Source: Cercozoa sp. M6MM (taxonomy: Eukaryota > Protista > Endomyxa: Ascetosporea). Taken from it: 64,000 nt of DNA. Shown piece after piece: positions 23,333-41,330 of this stretch. Within the stretch, counting starts at the first letter, position 1; the number at the start of each line of letters is the position of its first letter. The stretch lies in the NCBI GenBank assembly GCA_040357565.1, contig JBDODJ010000044.1, one strand, 5' to 3'. The position numbers and the translations under genes were made by a program. The notes below the pieces were generated by a model. It was not told where the DNA came from and did not search any database. It saw only the letters and a list, made by a program, of their open reading frames with translations.

Positions 23333-26300
23333 CGGCCAGAAGGTCTGCATCCGGACTGTTGCAGGCGACTTCTTTGCTGCGCCAGCGCGTAAGTTTCCGT
23401 ATTTTGCAAAGGGGGGATATCAAATGTGCCATATATATATGCATCGATAAACACACACACATATATATATATATACATGTCTACAGTGCTGGAGCTTGCA
23501 CCGCAGACGACGTGGGCCAGCTTCATGCAGGTCGCTGTGATATCGAGTTTTAAATCCGTCAACCAAACAGTAGGCCAATCTCCTGCTACCCTCTGTCTCA
23601 GATGCACAGTGAGTGTACCTAGGATACGCGAGTCAAGACGACGGTCAACTTCAACAAGGCGATGTTTCTGTACGATTGCCTACGAAATAAAGCTTCGGTG
23701 TGTGTGTGTGCGTACACCACTGTTTTTGCTGTCTTAGAGCGAACGTCGTTCCTGCCATTCGTCGCTTGTGAGTTCACCTCAAAGGATGTGTTTTCTTTCC
23801 TTGTGTTTTACTTGTGCGTTATCGCAGGGAGTCGTTGGACGCCGAGGTGTCTGCAACGTGGCCTCTGACAACTCGCAGTGATGTCATTTCATTTGCCAAC
23901 TCGCCTCTCATTCCGACGCCGTCTCTTTTCGCCTACGGTATCCGTGTGTGTGTGCGTGTGTGCGTGTGTGTGTATGTGTGCGCGCGCAGGGATAAAGCTT
24001 GAACTGACACCGAAAACGTGGTTGAATGGCGTCGAACCTGACGGTGTGTTGTATCTGTCGTCTGGAGGTTTCTTTGCAAACTATTTGATGTCGCAGGCTG
24101 GACAACTCCTGGCGTTGGTGAGATGGTAAGACTGCATGCCACCCACCCCACCCCCCCGGTCAGTTTGTATTCCTTCATCTGTTCGTCTGTAGGTCGCAAG
24201 CTTGGGCAACCTTCCACGTCGCATTCCGTCTATCATTGGACTTGACGTATGTCGCATGTGATACCCCGGGTACTTTATTCGAGAAGTTGCTTTTTCGCTC
24301 AGAGCGACGAAGCTGTGACGTACACGTTCGGCAATAGCACTAGCAATGGACTCACTGTACTCTATCTCCTGTAATGTATGTGCTCTTCTAGTGCTGTGTG
24401 AGTTTAGGTCGAGTGGGCTGACTTAGGAGCACTCGAACCGCAGTTGCTGGAGTAAGTTCTCAGTCTGTATGTTATGTGCGTTGGACTCTGTCTGTTCTTT
24501 TGCAGTGGCACACATCCACAACTGGTTGGCTACAACGTCAACATCGTATCACGACATTTAAACTGTTTCGTTGCGAACCGTGTGCTCACAATGCTGTGTG
24601 TGTTCAGGAGGCAAGTGACGGATCGTGGACGTCAGGTCCGGTTAGTCTCAGTGCCACTGAGACTCGCTGGGAACTCGAAGTGCCACAGCCGTTGTTTGAC
24701 GCCGCTAACGAGTACGCTTAGAGCCAATGTCAGTTGTCTTGCCTTTTTGTATCTGGTTTGTAACCTCGCAACTCGCAGACGAAAGGTGACCCTCAAAGTC
24801 ACAGTTCTCCCGGTGTCGCACCCGTTGGTACATTTGCGTCTATGGCACGTGCGTTTTTGTAAGAGCCAGACTACTAATTGCGCAGGCAAACCAAACTTTC
24901 CCGGGCATGCCATCGTGGGAACCGACTACAGCTGACAGTACCTTTAGTGAAATACAAAAACACAGGTTTGTGTTTTACTGGTGCTGTTCGCAGTCGCGTT
25001 GCAGCAGTTGGCCCCTCCTATTGTGCCACCGGAGTTGAAGGACTTCTTCAAACAGGTATATTCGCTGCTATCGCACTCGAAATCTCGCGTAGATGAGTCA
25101 CTGTTTTTGCATAGATGAGTCAATCGTCGTATTACGAGTTTGGCGCGCGCTTTGTTTGGGAGCACACCGAAACGCTTGACGTACCATGTTCTCCTGTGTT
25201 TCGCCTTGTCTGGAGTGTGCCGTATGTGATTTACCAGTGACTACGGTACTTTGATTGTGCGACACAGTTAACACTTGAGGCGGCCAAGACCGAGGTCTCT
25301 CTTTGGTACGTTTCTATGTTCTTTTTTGCTGGGATACACGTCAAGTATGTTTGTTTTTACGACGCAGGTGGGCGCCTCCAACGTCCTCGACGCTCGATTT
25401 TGTGCACAATGTGGTAGGCTTAAACTTTTGAATTTTTATTTTATTTCATTTTGTTTTTACTTTTTGTATTTTATATTTATTTTTTTTATTTTTAGACGGT
25501 GGTCAGAACGGATCAAGTGAACGGACAAGGACCAGACGAGACTCATTGGGTCATCGTATGTCACACTGATATGTCACATGCACCTGTGGTTTCTAATACT
25601 ACTCTACTGTATGTCTAGGACGCCCTGCCTCCTGGACAGTACAAGCTGTACCTGTGGACGCAAGCGACTGGTACATCCGGCACACTGTCACATTTCGGAG
25701 GATGCATGCTTAAACGACATTTTGCCCTAGGTCGCGACAAGGTGAATCCTCGCTGGTTGGATCGGCGTTCGATCACTGTTGAGTCGCCGGTAAACTTCTA
25801 CAGGTGTCCCATGGAAAAGCAGTGATGTGTGGATGAGTGTCTGATCACAGGTTGCGACTCACTTGTCGTTTAACCTGAACACCTTCTTTTTAAGCAACTC
25901 TCCAGATGCCTTGAACAACGGTACATCCTCCCTTCCGAGTGTACTGGCTTCCTGAGTAGCTAGCCTGCGTGCGTACAGTGCGTGCAATCACGTTCCCGAT
26001 GAGAGGAAGTCATATCCCAGCGGGGCAGACTAATTTGCTAAATCACATCGTACAGTTGCCTTTTGTGTCGCACATGCGGTATCACAAGGTACGTGTCTGG
26101 GGCGATGCAGGTCACAGCGCTGACTCCTGTTGCCAAAAACGACTTCAATGCACCTGGTAACACGTCTTGGTCTGGCTGTTGTTGACCCTGTCGCATGTGC
26201 CATGCTATGGGGTGTGCTCTTTGTAGCCGACTTTACTGCGGTCTCGTTCACTGTCAGCTGTGTCGTGGAGGGTTTGGGTATACTACCAAACTACCTTTCT

Positions 26301-29300
26301 GCAGACCGACCTTAAATGTTACCCCAATTAGCCTTGGCTAACTTCATGTCGACTCAAACGGCAAACGAAATCCAAGCTAACGAAGTAAGTGAGCTCGTAC
26401 TGTGTTTGGTGATTGACTTTGAAATGCCTCTTGTGTGTAGTTCAACCTGGCGTCCTTTAGCAATCCTTGGTACATGCTTGACTCAGCACTACTTGCCTAC
26501 CGTTCGACACTGTGCTGTTTGATTGTGCTGTTTGATTGCGCAGGTTGGGCACGTACAACTGCAGCGTCACTTGCGACCAGCTGACGACCACTGTGTACCG
26601 ATTGTTACGTGTACCCTGCAGTGGGAATATCTACTGTGCCTGTGTGTGTCCGTAGCACGGAGACTCTTGTCGTTGAATATGACAACGAGGCATCTGGCTT
26701 ACTCAAGTCGTACCTTTGCCTTGTGTTTCCTTGTGCTGTTTGTTTCTGCCGCATTCGGTACTCATGATAGGGACGGTGGCTCTCCGAGTGGCTTGCCGAG
26801 TGACGTGCCCACGTATTTTCCTTTTTGACCCCTCGGGCACACCAACATGAACCGCGACAATATAGTACCCTTGAGTTCTCAACGGTGCCGATGCTGCCGG
26901 CCCGAATGCACCAGTTGCGCTTTGTTGTACGTCCCCACAGCAATTCATCGCTTGTGTTTTCGTTGAAATTAAGTTCACCTGCTCCGATGGTGCGTAGTTC
27001 AACTCGACCGAGTATCTGACGTGTAAGCCGACTCCTGTGGTGTTTTCTCTATCTTAGATTAACTGTGCCATCTTCACGCGTCATGTGTACTTGAATTTGT
27101 GTGTTCTTGTGCGTAGACCTCTGCCACGGACATTGCGAACCGCGTAGCGTTTGACTAGTGAGTTTCTTCCTTATTCTCAGTGTATGCATGAATTTGAAAC
27201 GTGATCACGCTGTATGTGTAAACAGCACTTGGAGCTGTCTGCTACCGCCTGCCTTGGGCGCCAATCTACTGCCGCAACTGTAAACCGTTTTATTTGTTTA
27301 TTTTTTGTCATCGAAGCATTGTGACTGGCATGTAACTGTACAGGCGGTATCACAGCGCGCTGTTAGCTTTCTCAGACACCTCGTCGATCTCGTACCAAGC
27401 ACCGAACGCGAACCCGTGTACGTTTCACACAGCCCATGTGTGTGTGGATGTATGTGTGTATGTGTGTGTGCAGTTTCTCTTCGATCGGTGAGTGCTGTGA
27501 ACAGCTTGCTACCTCTGCAGGTATCTCGTTGTCTGCCACTGTCGGACCGGCTTAGGTTTACCTCCTGATTCTCCTTTTGCACAGATGAAGTCAAACCTTC
27601 CGGCACAACTTACCTTTGATGGCACGGTACACAGGACTGGCACTTTCGTGGATGTGTACGCTTCCTTGCTCTAGGGCTTTTCGGTCAATCCGGCACGTTT
27701 CCTGTCGGTGTCGATGCGCACTGTCAGCGATGGTACGGTGCCTTGTTAGCATATTTGATTGCATTGCATTCTTTCTTCGTGTGCAGGCAAACTATGGCCG
27801 TGTGACATCTCGTCCTCGCTGAGCAACAGCACTTTCATCGTACGATGCGCGGCTCTTCTCTCAGCACAAGTGTGTCTGTTGCTATTTGGCTGCTTTCCAT
27901 GTGCAGACATGCCTCTCCACCAAGGGCATCGGAGGTGATGTGCGCATGCTGATTGACGTGGTACTGTGTGACGCTATCTTGCTTGTGTGTGCGTGTGTTG
28001 TTGATCCCTTCCCTGCGTAGGTCGCAGCGCCGGCAGGCACCTTCACGCAACAGTTCTCGCGCGGGCAAGGCGACACTCACGACCTTGTAAAGCACATTGC
28101 ATTGTTACTGCGTAGTATGTGTACGTGTATGTTTACAGAGCTTCCCGTTTGCACCGAAGCCGATTAGAATCTTTGGCTGCAATGGCGCGGTACCCCTGTC
28201 CTGTCTGCTGGACAGGCTGGTGCCTGTGTTGGCTTATCAAGTGCGCTCGTAGAATCCGCCTGTGTGCGACACGAAAGGAGCCAGTGTTTTGCTGGAGGGC
28301 GTTGTACTATGCACTTTTTCCTTTTTAATCGCGTGCGCGTGTGTGTATCTTTTTGATGACGTAGGACGTTGGCAGCACTCAAGAAAATGTGCAAGTTGCT
28401 GTCGTCATTGACGCTTTCGTCACCGGTACGCAGTGCGCGTGTGAGTGTGTGCGTGCATGCGTGCGTGCATGTGTGGCTGTGTGTGTGTGTGTGTGTGTGT
28501 CGGTGTGTTGATTAAGAGTGTTCTCGCTTGTTCAGTGCCGGCGACGACGGTGAACACGACGCACATCACATTCCAGAGTACTGTCGTTTACCTCCAACGT
28601 GGTTTTTAATCTGTGTCCCTCTTGTCTGTCCTGCAGTGCCTGCACTTCTTGACGGCGTTTCACGCAATCCCACTGTGTCTGGTGCACCCATTTGCCAGAT
28701 TGTACTACTTTGCTCTTGCGTGTCTGTGCATGTGCGTTCGTTGTTTAGTTCAACGCGGCGCTGGCATCGAGAGTGCTGAGATTTTTGGATTGTTCTCGTA
28801 CCACTGTTGTTTCAGCACACGCTGTCCATCCTTACATTGTTCATATCCAGGTATGAACTGCCGCAACTCGAGTCGATTCAAGGCTGCAGTGCATGCAATG
28901 GCGGTACTTACAATCCCTGACAAGCGTATATGCTCCGCACTATGGGTTCCCTAAACAGGGATCTGCGACTGCGCTCGTGCCGGTGGTGATGTGGTACGAA
29001 GCGAACTCTTATATCTACTTACTTAAGCATCCGTGTGCTAACTTTTTCCGGTAGGTGACGGTGACTGGACGTCATTTAGGACCGTCTTCTCTGTACTGCC
29101 CATTTTGATCTGACAAGATCTGTTGTGGTTTGTATGCTTTCTGGGATGCATAGTCGTGTGCTCTTTGGCGCAACTCTCGTGCCAACAGTCAAGTAGCATT
29201 TGGACCTAGGGTGTCACTGGTCATTCGTGTATGGTGTGCATGTGTGCGTGTGATAGCCATGACCCAGTGAACCCATCGGAGCATATCACCTTCGCACTGC

Positions 29301-29640
29301 CTCCTGCCATTGACAGTGGTATTTTGTAGTTGCACCCATGGTCAGTTCGGTTTCCTCGAGTCTGTTCTGCTCAGGTGCTCGACGAGCCTTGTTGGCTGTC
29401 ACTCCTGATGGCGAATTCAGCAGTGGGTACAGCGCGCCCATGTCTCTACTTCTTCTGAGTGCCCTTGTGTGTGCAGTGTTTTGTACATGTCATACGCGGC
29501 GTGTCCGCCTGGCACAGAGCTGAATCCGGTACCTCCTACAAGTTGTCCAGTGTCTGCTGTGAAAGTTCGCTGTACTCGATTTGGCTTAGGGCGGCCACTT
29601 GTGTACTGACTGTCAAGCCGGCGAGTACTCGTTCGTGCGT
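23137..29640 (+). CDS. Internal portion of a large extracellular protein (FN3-like, IPT/TIG-like and Cys-rich repeats); no start or stop, gap on each side
   Basis: Dozens of GT-AG-bounded exons: VEW..LVGYNVNI, DALPPGQYKLYLW, PAPGQKVCIRTVAG (FN3-like); LESIQGC..GGDV|VTVTGRHLG (IPT-like); CTDCQAGEYSF (GCC2/GCC3-like). Confidence 0.7.
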
Positions 29641-29652
29641 TGTCTCTTTGAG

Positions 29653-29696
<44 letters not shown>

Positions 29697-29796
29697 NNNN
29701 NNNNNNNNNNNNNNNNNNNNNNNNNNNNNNNNNNNNNNNNNNNNNNNNNNNNNNNNNNNNNNNNNNNNNNNNNNNNNNNNNNNNNNNNNNNNNNNN

Positions 29797-34411
<4,615 letters not shown>

Positions 34412-34863
34412 CCAGGGAAGCACACACAGTTGCGGCGCACAGGGCCAGAAGTCGAACTGTGTATGCAATAGCACAACTGCGCACACCCTAACACGTGAAA
34501 GTGGTAATCGCTCTCCGAGCGAACCGATCTGGGGTTTTAATTGATCTTCTGTTGATCATTTTTCTGATCCAGCCCCACGCGTGCTTCGTCTCCTTGGCAG
34601 CTGCTTCAGAAAACAAGGTTTGTTCGGTTGTCGGTCGCCAATAGCTTCTTGATGACCACCAGGTGGGCACCACCCGCAACAACACGAGTCACCACTCCCG
34701 AGTTCAGTCGGAATGTGATGTCAGGGTTTACTGGACTGGGTGTGACATGGTCCCGTGGCACACGGCGGTGTGGCGTGTGCCCGAAATGAGCTGCAACGAG
34801 CCGTTGAATGAGCGAGGCGAGGGCTTCTTAGTTCCTCTCTTGCCATCATGCTGCGCTAGATAG

Positions 34864-36230
34864 TTCGAGGCAAGTTCGAGGGACAATCGCACCTTGATGC
34901 AGGTGTCGGAAATAGTTGCCAACCGCACCTCCAAGTTGTCTTGAATTTTTGATTGTGTAAATCACAGGTTACCCACAATCAAAGCGAAACTAGTGTTTTG
35001 CGACCCTGGACTAACGTGGAACTTGCTTGCTTGCGTCACGAGTTACAGCGGCGAGCGCAAGTATTAAAATAAACATATCAGTTTAACCCTGCCACTTTTT
35101 AATTGTTCCAACCTCCAGGAAATCGGTGAGTCAATTACTTCGAGTGCAGTGTTGCCGCACGGCAATCAGCCCAGCGACGACAGGTGGCAGGCGCTTTGGC
35201 ACTCGCTACACATAGCCGTCGGCGAATCGGTGTGATGTGCCTCCAGCTGTGCAAGAAATCTTTGAGTTTTATGCAGGGCCTATCACTGGTTCTCGCATTT
35301 CAGGCAGGGCAAGGGCGCTCGTGGGACAGCGTGCGTCGCAAGGCGGCGGATGTAGCGCGTGCTTTAGAAAAAGCTGCAAAAGATTCGGTACCGGCACCGC
35401 TGTCTCCGCCTCTGTCATTGCGCTGCGAACAGGCACACGCATCGCGAAGCGGGCAGACTCCACAAAGTTTGCTTTCTGCGCCAACTGTTCAGCTTGAGGA
35501 CAGCAGCACAGAAGCAGCTGATATCGATACAATGCCTGAAATTGGTATGCCCGACATTGACGTCGACGATGACAATAACAATAACAGTGCCGACAATCCC
35601 AGAGACAGCGAGGCTGAGCAGACACAGCTGCCTCCTGGATCTGCGCAGGTGACAACACCAGTGCAACCGCTCGTGTCGCAGACGCAGCAAGGTCTCGCGA
35701 CAAGTGGCAATCTACCGCCACCTAAACGACGGCGACGTCGTGTTCAGCTGAACCCAATTCGGTATCATACTCCCCTATTTATATGATGGCTCCAATTCTC
35801 ATACCGTGCGCGTGACTGTACTTTCATTGTCGCTTGGGATTTCGCACAGTGAACTTGAGCAACTGACAAAGTACATTGAAGGCAACTTGCGAGGTCGGTA
35901 CCAATAGCATCCTTTGTCGATTCGCAGTGTCTATAATAGTGCCTGCAAAATCATTAATGATACAATTATCTCAGTGAGGCGCGCATGGAGTATCTGTGCC
36001 ACAAGGCACAGCAGTACTCCGATGCGGCACAGCGGTATGCTCTTGCAGCACAGCAGCTGCGCGTGAAGGCTCAGCGCGAGCGCGCGAGACTCCGTGAGGA
36101 CAGGATGCGGGTGCAAGATGCCTGTCTCGTGCTCTCTCGTCGGCGAACTCAAGTCGTGGGCACAGCGTATCAAAGCCGTCGCGACCGGCACGGTAAGAAG
36201 AGAATACGACGCGAGCGCAACGAACTGTAA
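34864..36230 (+). CDS. Myb/SANT-like (trihelix-type) DNA-binding protein with C-terminal coiled coil; 5' end uncertain
   Basis: RPWTNVELACL..RWQALW..GRSWDSVRRKAADV; NLS-like PPPKRRRRR; helical C-terminus; stop TAA at 36228-36230. Confidence 0.6.
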
Positions 36231-36499
36231 ACACTCTGCGCTACCGCACGCTGAGCGCTGTGCCAGATCAGCGCGAACGGCATTCATTACGGTACAGTCT
36301 GCACTGCCTGTTTAACTTGCGTTGAAACTACAGTGTCACTCAAGCTTATGCTTAAGGTCGGTCGGCAACGACTTCAATATCCGTCGCTCTATTCATGGTG
36401 CGACGCAAAACACTGCGACGCTGCTGGCCACGGCCTGGGGTTTGCATTCTGCCTTCACTTATGAATTAAATACGAGGAATAAGGCTGCAATACACTATC

Positions 36500-37353
36500 T
36501 TACGGTCTAAACGAAGCAAAGCATGCGAGTCCGACGGAGGCAATCAAAAACAGCATAACAGAGAGTTTGCTGCTCTTGAAAACTTCCAGCGAAGTAAGTC
36601 CTATCACCGACACACATACCGATACAACAAAACCTTTGATATTCTTGCTGAACAGCTAGCTACCGAGCGCTTGCGTCACAAGGAACATCGCGAGTCCAGC
36701 AAGGCCGAGGTAGCGGTGCAAACTCTTGTATCGGTAAAACACGCTGCCTTGGCGATGGTACAGCACCCAAGACGCACTTGTCAACAACCACAGTAGCAAC
36801 AACAAACACAGGCCACTCACGGAATGCAAAGTTGTGAAGTGCTGTTTGCCAATGCTGTTCTTGTGCAGCAGCTAAACACAAGAATAAAAAACTGTACACA
36901 CCTGGACAGCAATTGGCCTTCTGAGTATGTCGTATCAAACCTGCGCTATGAATCCAACTGTGGACAGCAACACCGCGCACACCATTCCGTATTTATGCCA
37001 TTTTGTATTTGTTCTACTCGCTCGCTGCAGCAACACTATATATACACGATGTGATCGGGCCTCGTACTACAACCACCGCGCAAGCGCATCAATAAATTCA
37101 CCAGCTGGGTAAACGCAAAGCAGCGGTGCCGAAAGCATGCAAAACACGTGCGTCATGAAGAGAGCGCGTTGGGAAACCCAGACTTGCCGCAGGTACGAAA
37201 CTATGGCAGTGTACATGCAAGCCCTAAGAACTTCTGCATGACACATGGATGACGTATGGTATTGGTACCGACAAGACTTGCCCCAACAAGGAGCGACAAA
37301 AGCAATGCCTTGCGAGGAAACTGTTGGTGTCCAAGAGGCGTCCACTGCGGCAT
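36500..37353 (-). CDS. Cytochrome b561 domain protein (CYB561D1/D2-like)
   Basis: Spliced product has about six hydrophobic segments and four His in the family pattern: LFMTHVFCM, KWHKYGM, GKQHFTTLHS, SLHRYLG. Confidence 0.8.
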
Positions 37354-37716
37354 TTCGACTTTGCGAACGGAAAATCACAAAAGGTACAGGACAAAGGACA
37401 ACTAAACCCGATGAAGTGGTAACTGTACTCCTGAGCAGCTGTAGCGCTTTGGCGGTTGGGACCACTGGAGTTTGAATTAAAACAGCAGTGCTGGGGCTGG
37501 TTGGAGGGTGGGATTGCGTACGCTAAAATTTCACTATAGTATCGTATAGTTCTGTGCGTTCGCGTCGATTAAATATTTAGTTTTCGCTGGTTCAATTTTT
37601 ACGGTTACTTTCGGACTATGATATACTTGTTTCTAACTAGGATCAATGAGGGCAGCGCAAACCCGACAGTCCCATCTTGCCACGGTCTAACATGAGAAGG
37701 ATGCTTGCGGCCGCGA

Positions 37717-38986
37717 TTAGCAGCAGGTCGTCTTCTTGCCGGGGGTGGCGCCATCAACACCCACAACACCTGGCAAAAACAGTCAATGCAAAGAACCCAG
37801 CAGGTGTTAACGGAAAGCACACCCGTCGGCGCGGCAGCCTTTGCAACATTCGCGCGCTGCTCGATTAAGTCCTACACAAGCGAAGCGTTAGCACAACAAC
37901 AGCAGAAACGACCGAAAGCTACCTTGGCCATGGTCAAGAAAGCCTGCTCGACATTGGTGGCGTCCTTGGCTGACGTCTCCAGGAACGGAATTGAGAGACG
38001 CTCAGCAAATGCCTTGGCGTCCTCCGTCGTGACGGCGCGCTCATTTGTCAAGTCGGCTTTGTTGCCCACGAGCTATGTGCACAAATGAAACATATTTACC
38101 TGCCAACATATGACGGATGCTGATAAGTTAAAGTGCACCAACTTGAGCGTGTTCTCGGAGGCGTGTCGGTTCACCTCACCGAGCCACTCCTCCACGTGGT
38201 GGAACGACTCCAAGTTCGTCGTGTCGTACACCTGGCAAGCAGCAAACATGAGACACACCCAATACACTGAAAGTGTGCAGGGTTCTAGTGTGCAGGGTTC
38301 TACCATGATGATGCCGTGCGCACCGCGGTAGTACGCAGACGTGATCGTCTTAAAGCGTTCCTGGCCTGCGGTGTCCCACTACAAGCGCACGCGCATACCC
38401 CAAGCACCAAACAATGGGACATAGCACGGAGTGTGGAACATGGGAACATGGGAGCACGGGAGCAAGAAGAAGATACAATCTGCAGCTTGACGGATTTGCC
38501 ATCAATCGTCACTGTGCGGAAACGGAAGTCGACACCGATCGTTGAAATGTAGCTGTCTGTAAAGTTGTCATCCTACATAAGACACATCTTTGAATATCGG
38601 CACAAACCGGCACAGCCCAATATCGCACAAAACGAGAGGATTACGGCGAAACGGAGGAGAAGACAACTCTTGCCGACACCAGAGTCGCCGATAAGCACCA
38701 GCTTAAACAGAAAGTCGCTGCACGCAACAACGTATAGACGTCCTTGCCGAGAGCCAACGACACAAAACACACAAAAAGCAAACCCAACACGCCAAAAATT
38801 GAGGCAGAACACCCAACGCAAAAAAAGCAGAATGCTCCCCACGCATCAGGGAACGAGGATAACTCCGAGCAACGTGTTAAGCCCCAGAGCGCACGGGACA
38901 GCGCTCAGAAGCCCAAAGACACGACACACTCACTCGAGCTTCAAGAGGGGAGAAGCAACGTACTAATCACGTTTGATAGCGGCCAT
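37717..38986 (-). CDS. RAB1A: Rab1A small GTPase, 8 exons
   Basis: [57 protein letters not shown]-terminal CC. Confidence 0.96.
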
Positions 38987-39241
38987 CGGCGGCTGTCTTT
39001 ATCTCAGCACACGCCTGGTAAGCCGTTATGCGCTTGTACTGCCCGTCTGGAATTTTTTAAATTTTCTCGAACAGCTGCTGGCTGCCAAAAATAGTAATCA
39101 GTTTGCCAGGACTTTCTCGGGCACTGGCTGACCCCACTGGCTTCTTGCTATTAAAAAAACGAACTGAAAGGTCATAATTTGAGTTCAGCGCAGTTGAATT
39201 CATTCAATCGCCCCGTCGAAGTGGCCACAATTCATTGGACG

Positions 39242-41074
39242 TCAGCGCTCCCGTTTGACATCGCTCGATGGCTCTTGTTTCATTTGCGCCGCCTCGTCTT
39301 TTCGCTAAATTGTCCATTGTGAGAGACACTGGTTCTGCAAAACACACTATGCCAGAGACGGAGTGTACCAGTCCTCGCGCGATGCGATCAGCTTCAGCGA
39401 GTCTCGCAGCGTCATCCACACGGACGTAGGTCGACTTGAGACGATACATGCCTGCATACAAAAGGTCAGCTATACGGACACAAACGCTTCTGCGACATCC
39501 GTGTACCTCGGTGTCCTCCATGAAGCACCTTTTCGCAATACAGCTTCAAAACCTCGCGCACTTGACTCTACTCGTACAAGCATGAACACACAGTCTGACT
39601 TGTCAACTTAAGGGTGACAATACGAGAGGGGCGTGCAGCATGCCCTTGAGCTCTTGCAGACGGTAGTGTGCAGACTTATCAAACGCGTTGAACAAGCGCG
39701 ACTTGGCGACGTCTGCTCACATGCACGTATACACACACGCTCGCGTGCGCGAACAAATGGGTTTTAAAGACTGACCGTCGGGAATGCGCGCAGCTTTGAT
39801 AGTTTTCTGTTTCTTTGTGGTGGCGCGTTTTCTGCCTTTCTTGTCCTGCAGAGGAATTGACAAGCATGGAGTCAACATAAAGCATTATGGGCGTAGATAC
39901 GGCAAACAAGGCGTCGAGTTGTTTGCCTCGCCGCAGTGCATCCTCTCTGCTTTCGTCCTCGTTGCGTCGCAAGGTGCTGTACTCTGAGACTTCCATAAGC
40001 CTGCAAAATGATCAGTATGCGTTCATCTGTCCGGAGAGGTGAGACACAAACTGTACTTGGCGTGCTGCCGCTTCATGACGCGGCGAATTTTGCGTTGCTG
40101 TCCACCGGAAGTCTCAAACACTTGACACGACTCATCTGAAGCGAGAGACTCTTACCTGCACCGCCAGATTGGCCGGCGTGTTCTCCACGATGGACTCGCA
40201 GACATGCGGCACGATACCGCGGATACTAAAAATGCACGCTCATCGAAGGAGCACTGTGTATGCGCGGGGTGTGCAGCTTACTGTAGCTCGGACCTAAGCG
40301 GCTTTTCTTGCGTCATGACTTCGTCAAACACCTTCGACGTAGCATGCAGAAACAGCATGCGACCATCGGTGGTCACACTATAAGCTGTACCAGCGGAGGT
40401 CGCACTCGTTCCTTTGGTTGTGTTGCTGTTTCGCCGTCACTCACCTAAACAAAGTGTGCTTTTGCATCAACAAAAGAGCCAAGCCGCGTAGTACTGGGTG
40501 CATGGAAGGTCGCCACAGCGGCAACTCGCAGTACTTAAGTTCGAGTCCCAATTCACCTGCAAGAAACACGAACAGTGAAACAAGCACACATACGCACACA
40601 CAGGACACAAAAACAGTAAATGGACCGTCTTGAGTGCGTGCCGACAGTTTCAATGTCGACCTCGGTCGTTTACCTTCAGTCCAGAAATTTATGTTTCAGG
40701 ACTGAACTCAAACACACTCTTGAAGTACCCAACTTAGCTTCAGCGGTCTCCCTGCCTTCTTTCTTGCGCAGACTATCCCAGCGTGCCAGGGCCGAGTTAT
40801 CAACGGTGATAGTGCCTAGCCGTGTGCCTGCCTCGGGAGCTACGAAACACACAGCGCACACGTAGCCAAAACCCCCGGTTGCAGGTGGCAAACCCTTCAA
40901 GGCGGCAGCGCCGCTCCGCGCACGGAATGTTCCGAACCTACACAGCGCCGATATGAAGCATGATACCGGATGGGTCACAAGAAGTAGACAGAAATAAAAT
41001 TGGCACCATGACTGCGCCACACTTTCCGGCAGCTTCACAAGCCACGTCTGGCGGGGTACACTCTTTTCACTCAT
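39242..41074 (-). CDS. GTF2F2: General transcription factor TFIIF beta subunit (RAP30/Tfg2)
   Basis: N-terminal TWLVKLPESVAQSW, GIVPHVC, and winged-helix C-terminus RLFNAFDKSAHYRLQEL..REVLK..GMYRLKSTY. Confidence 0.75.
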
Positions 41075-41330
41075 ACTTTACAGTATAAACGCTCACTACT
41101 TTAAACACTGGAGCAACACAAAAGGCGCGGAAAACGATTGTCGTGGCCCGGTCCGGGCGATCCAAAAAAAAAACTGCTTTGTACAGTAGCCAGTTTCCAA
41201 TACCGGCCCCAGACGTCCACAGCTACAGAGCACCCAAGTGTACTCCACAACGCGTTGCGTAACATTAACCTCAGCAGACACACGTCCGGGGGCAAGCTAC
41301 TTTTTTCTTCAACTTTCGTGAGATTTCAAG
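41075..41330. promoter_or_regulatory. Short bidirectional promoter between TFIIF-beta and eIF5
   Basis: 256 bp between divergent ATGs; contains TTGCGTAAC; no upstream ATG on the eIF5 strand. Confidence 0.55.

Noticed and set aside
34490-34940. Minus-strand stop-interrupted protein-like reading (possible pseudogene)
   Set aside because: No recognisable motif; better explained as 5' exons or UTR of the plus-strand Myb-like gene.
37030-37110. Apparent in-frame TAG suggesting stop-codon reassignment or read-through in cytochrome b561
   Set aside because: It lies within a GT-AG intron; fully traced eIF5 and Rab1A need only the standard code.
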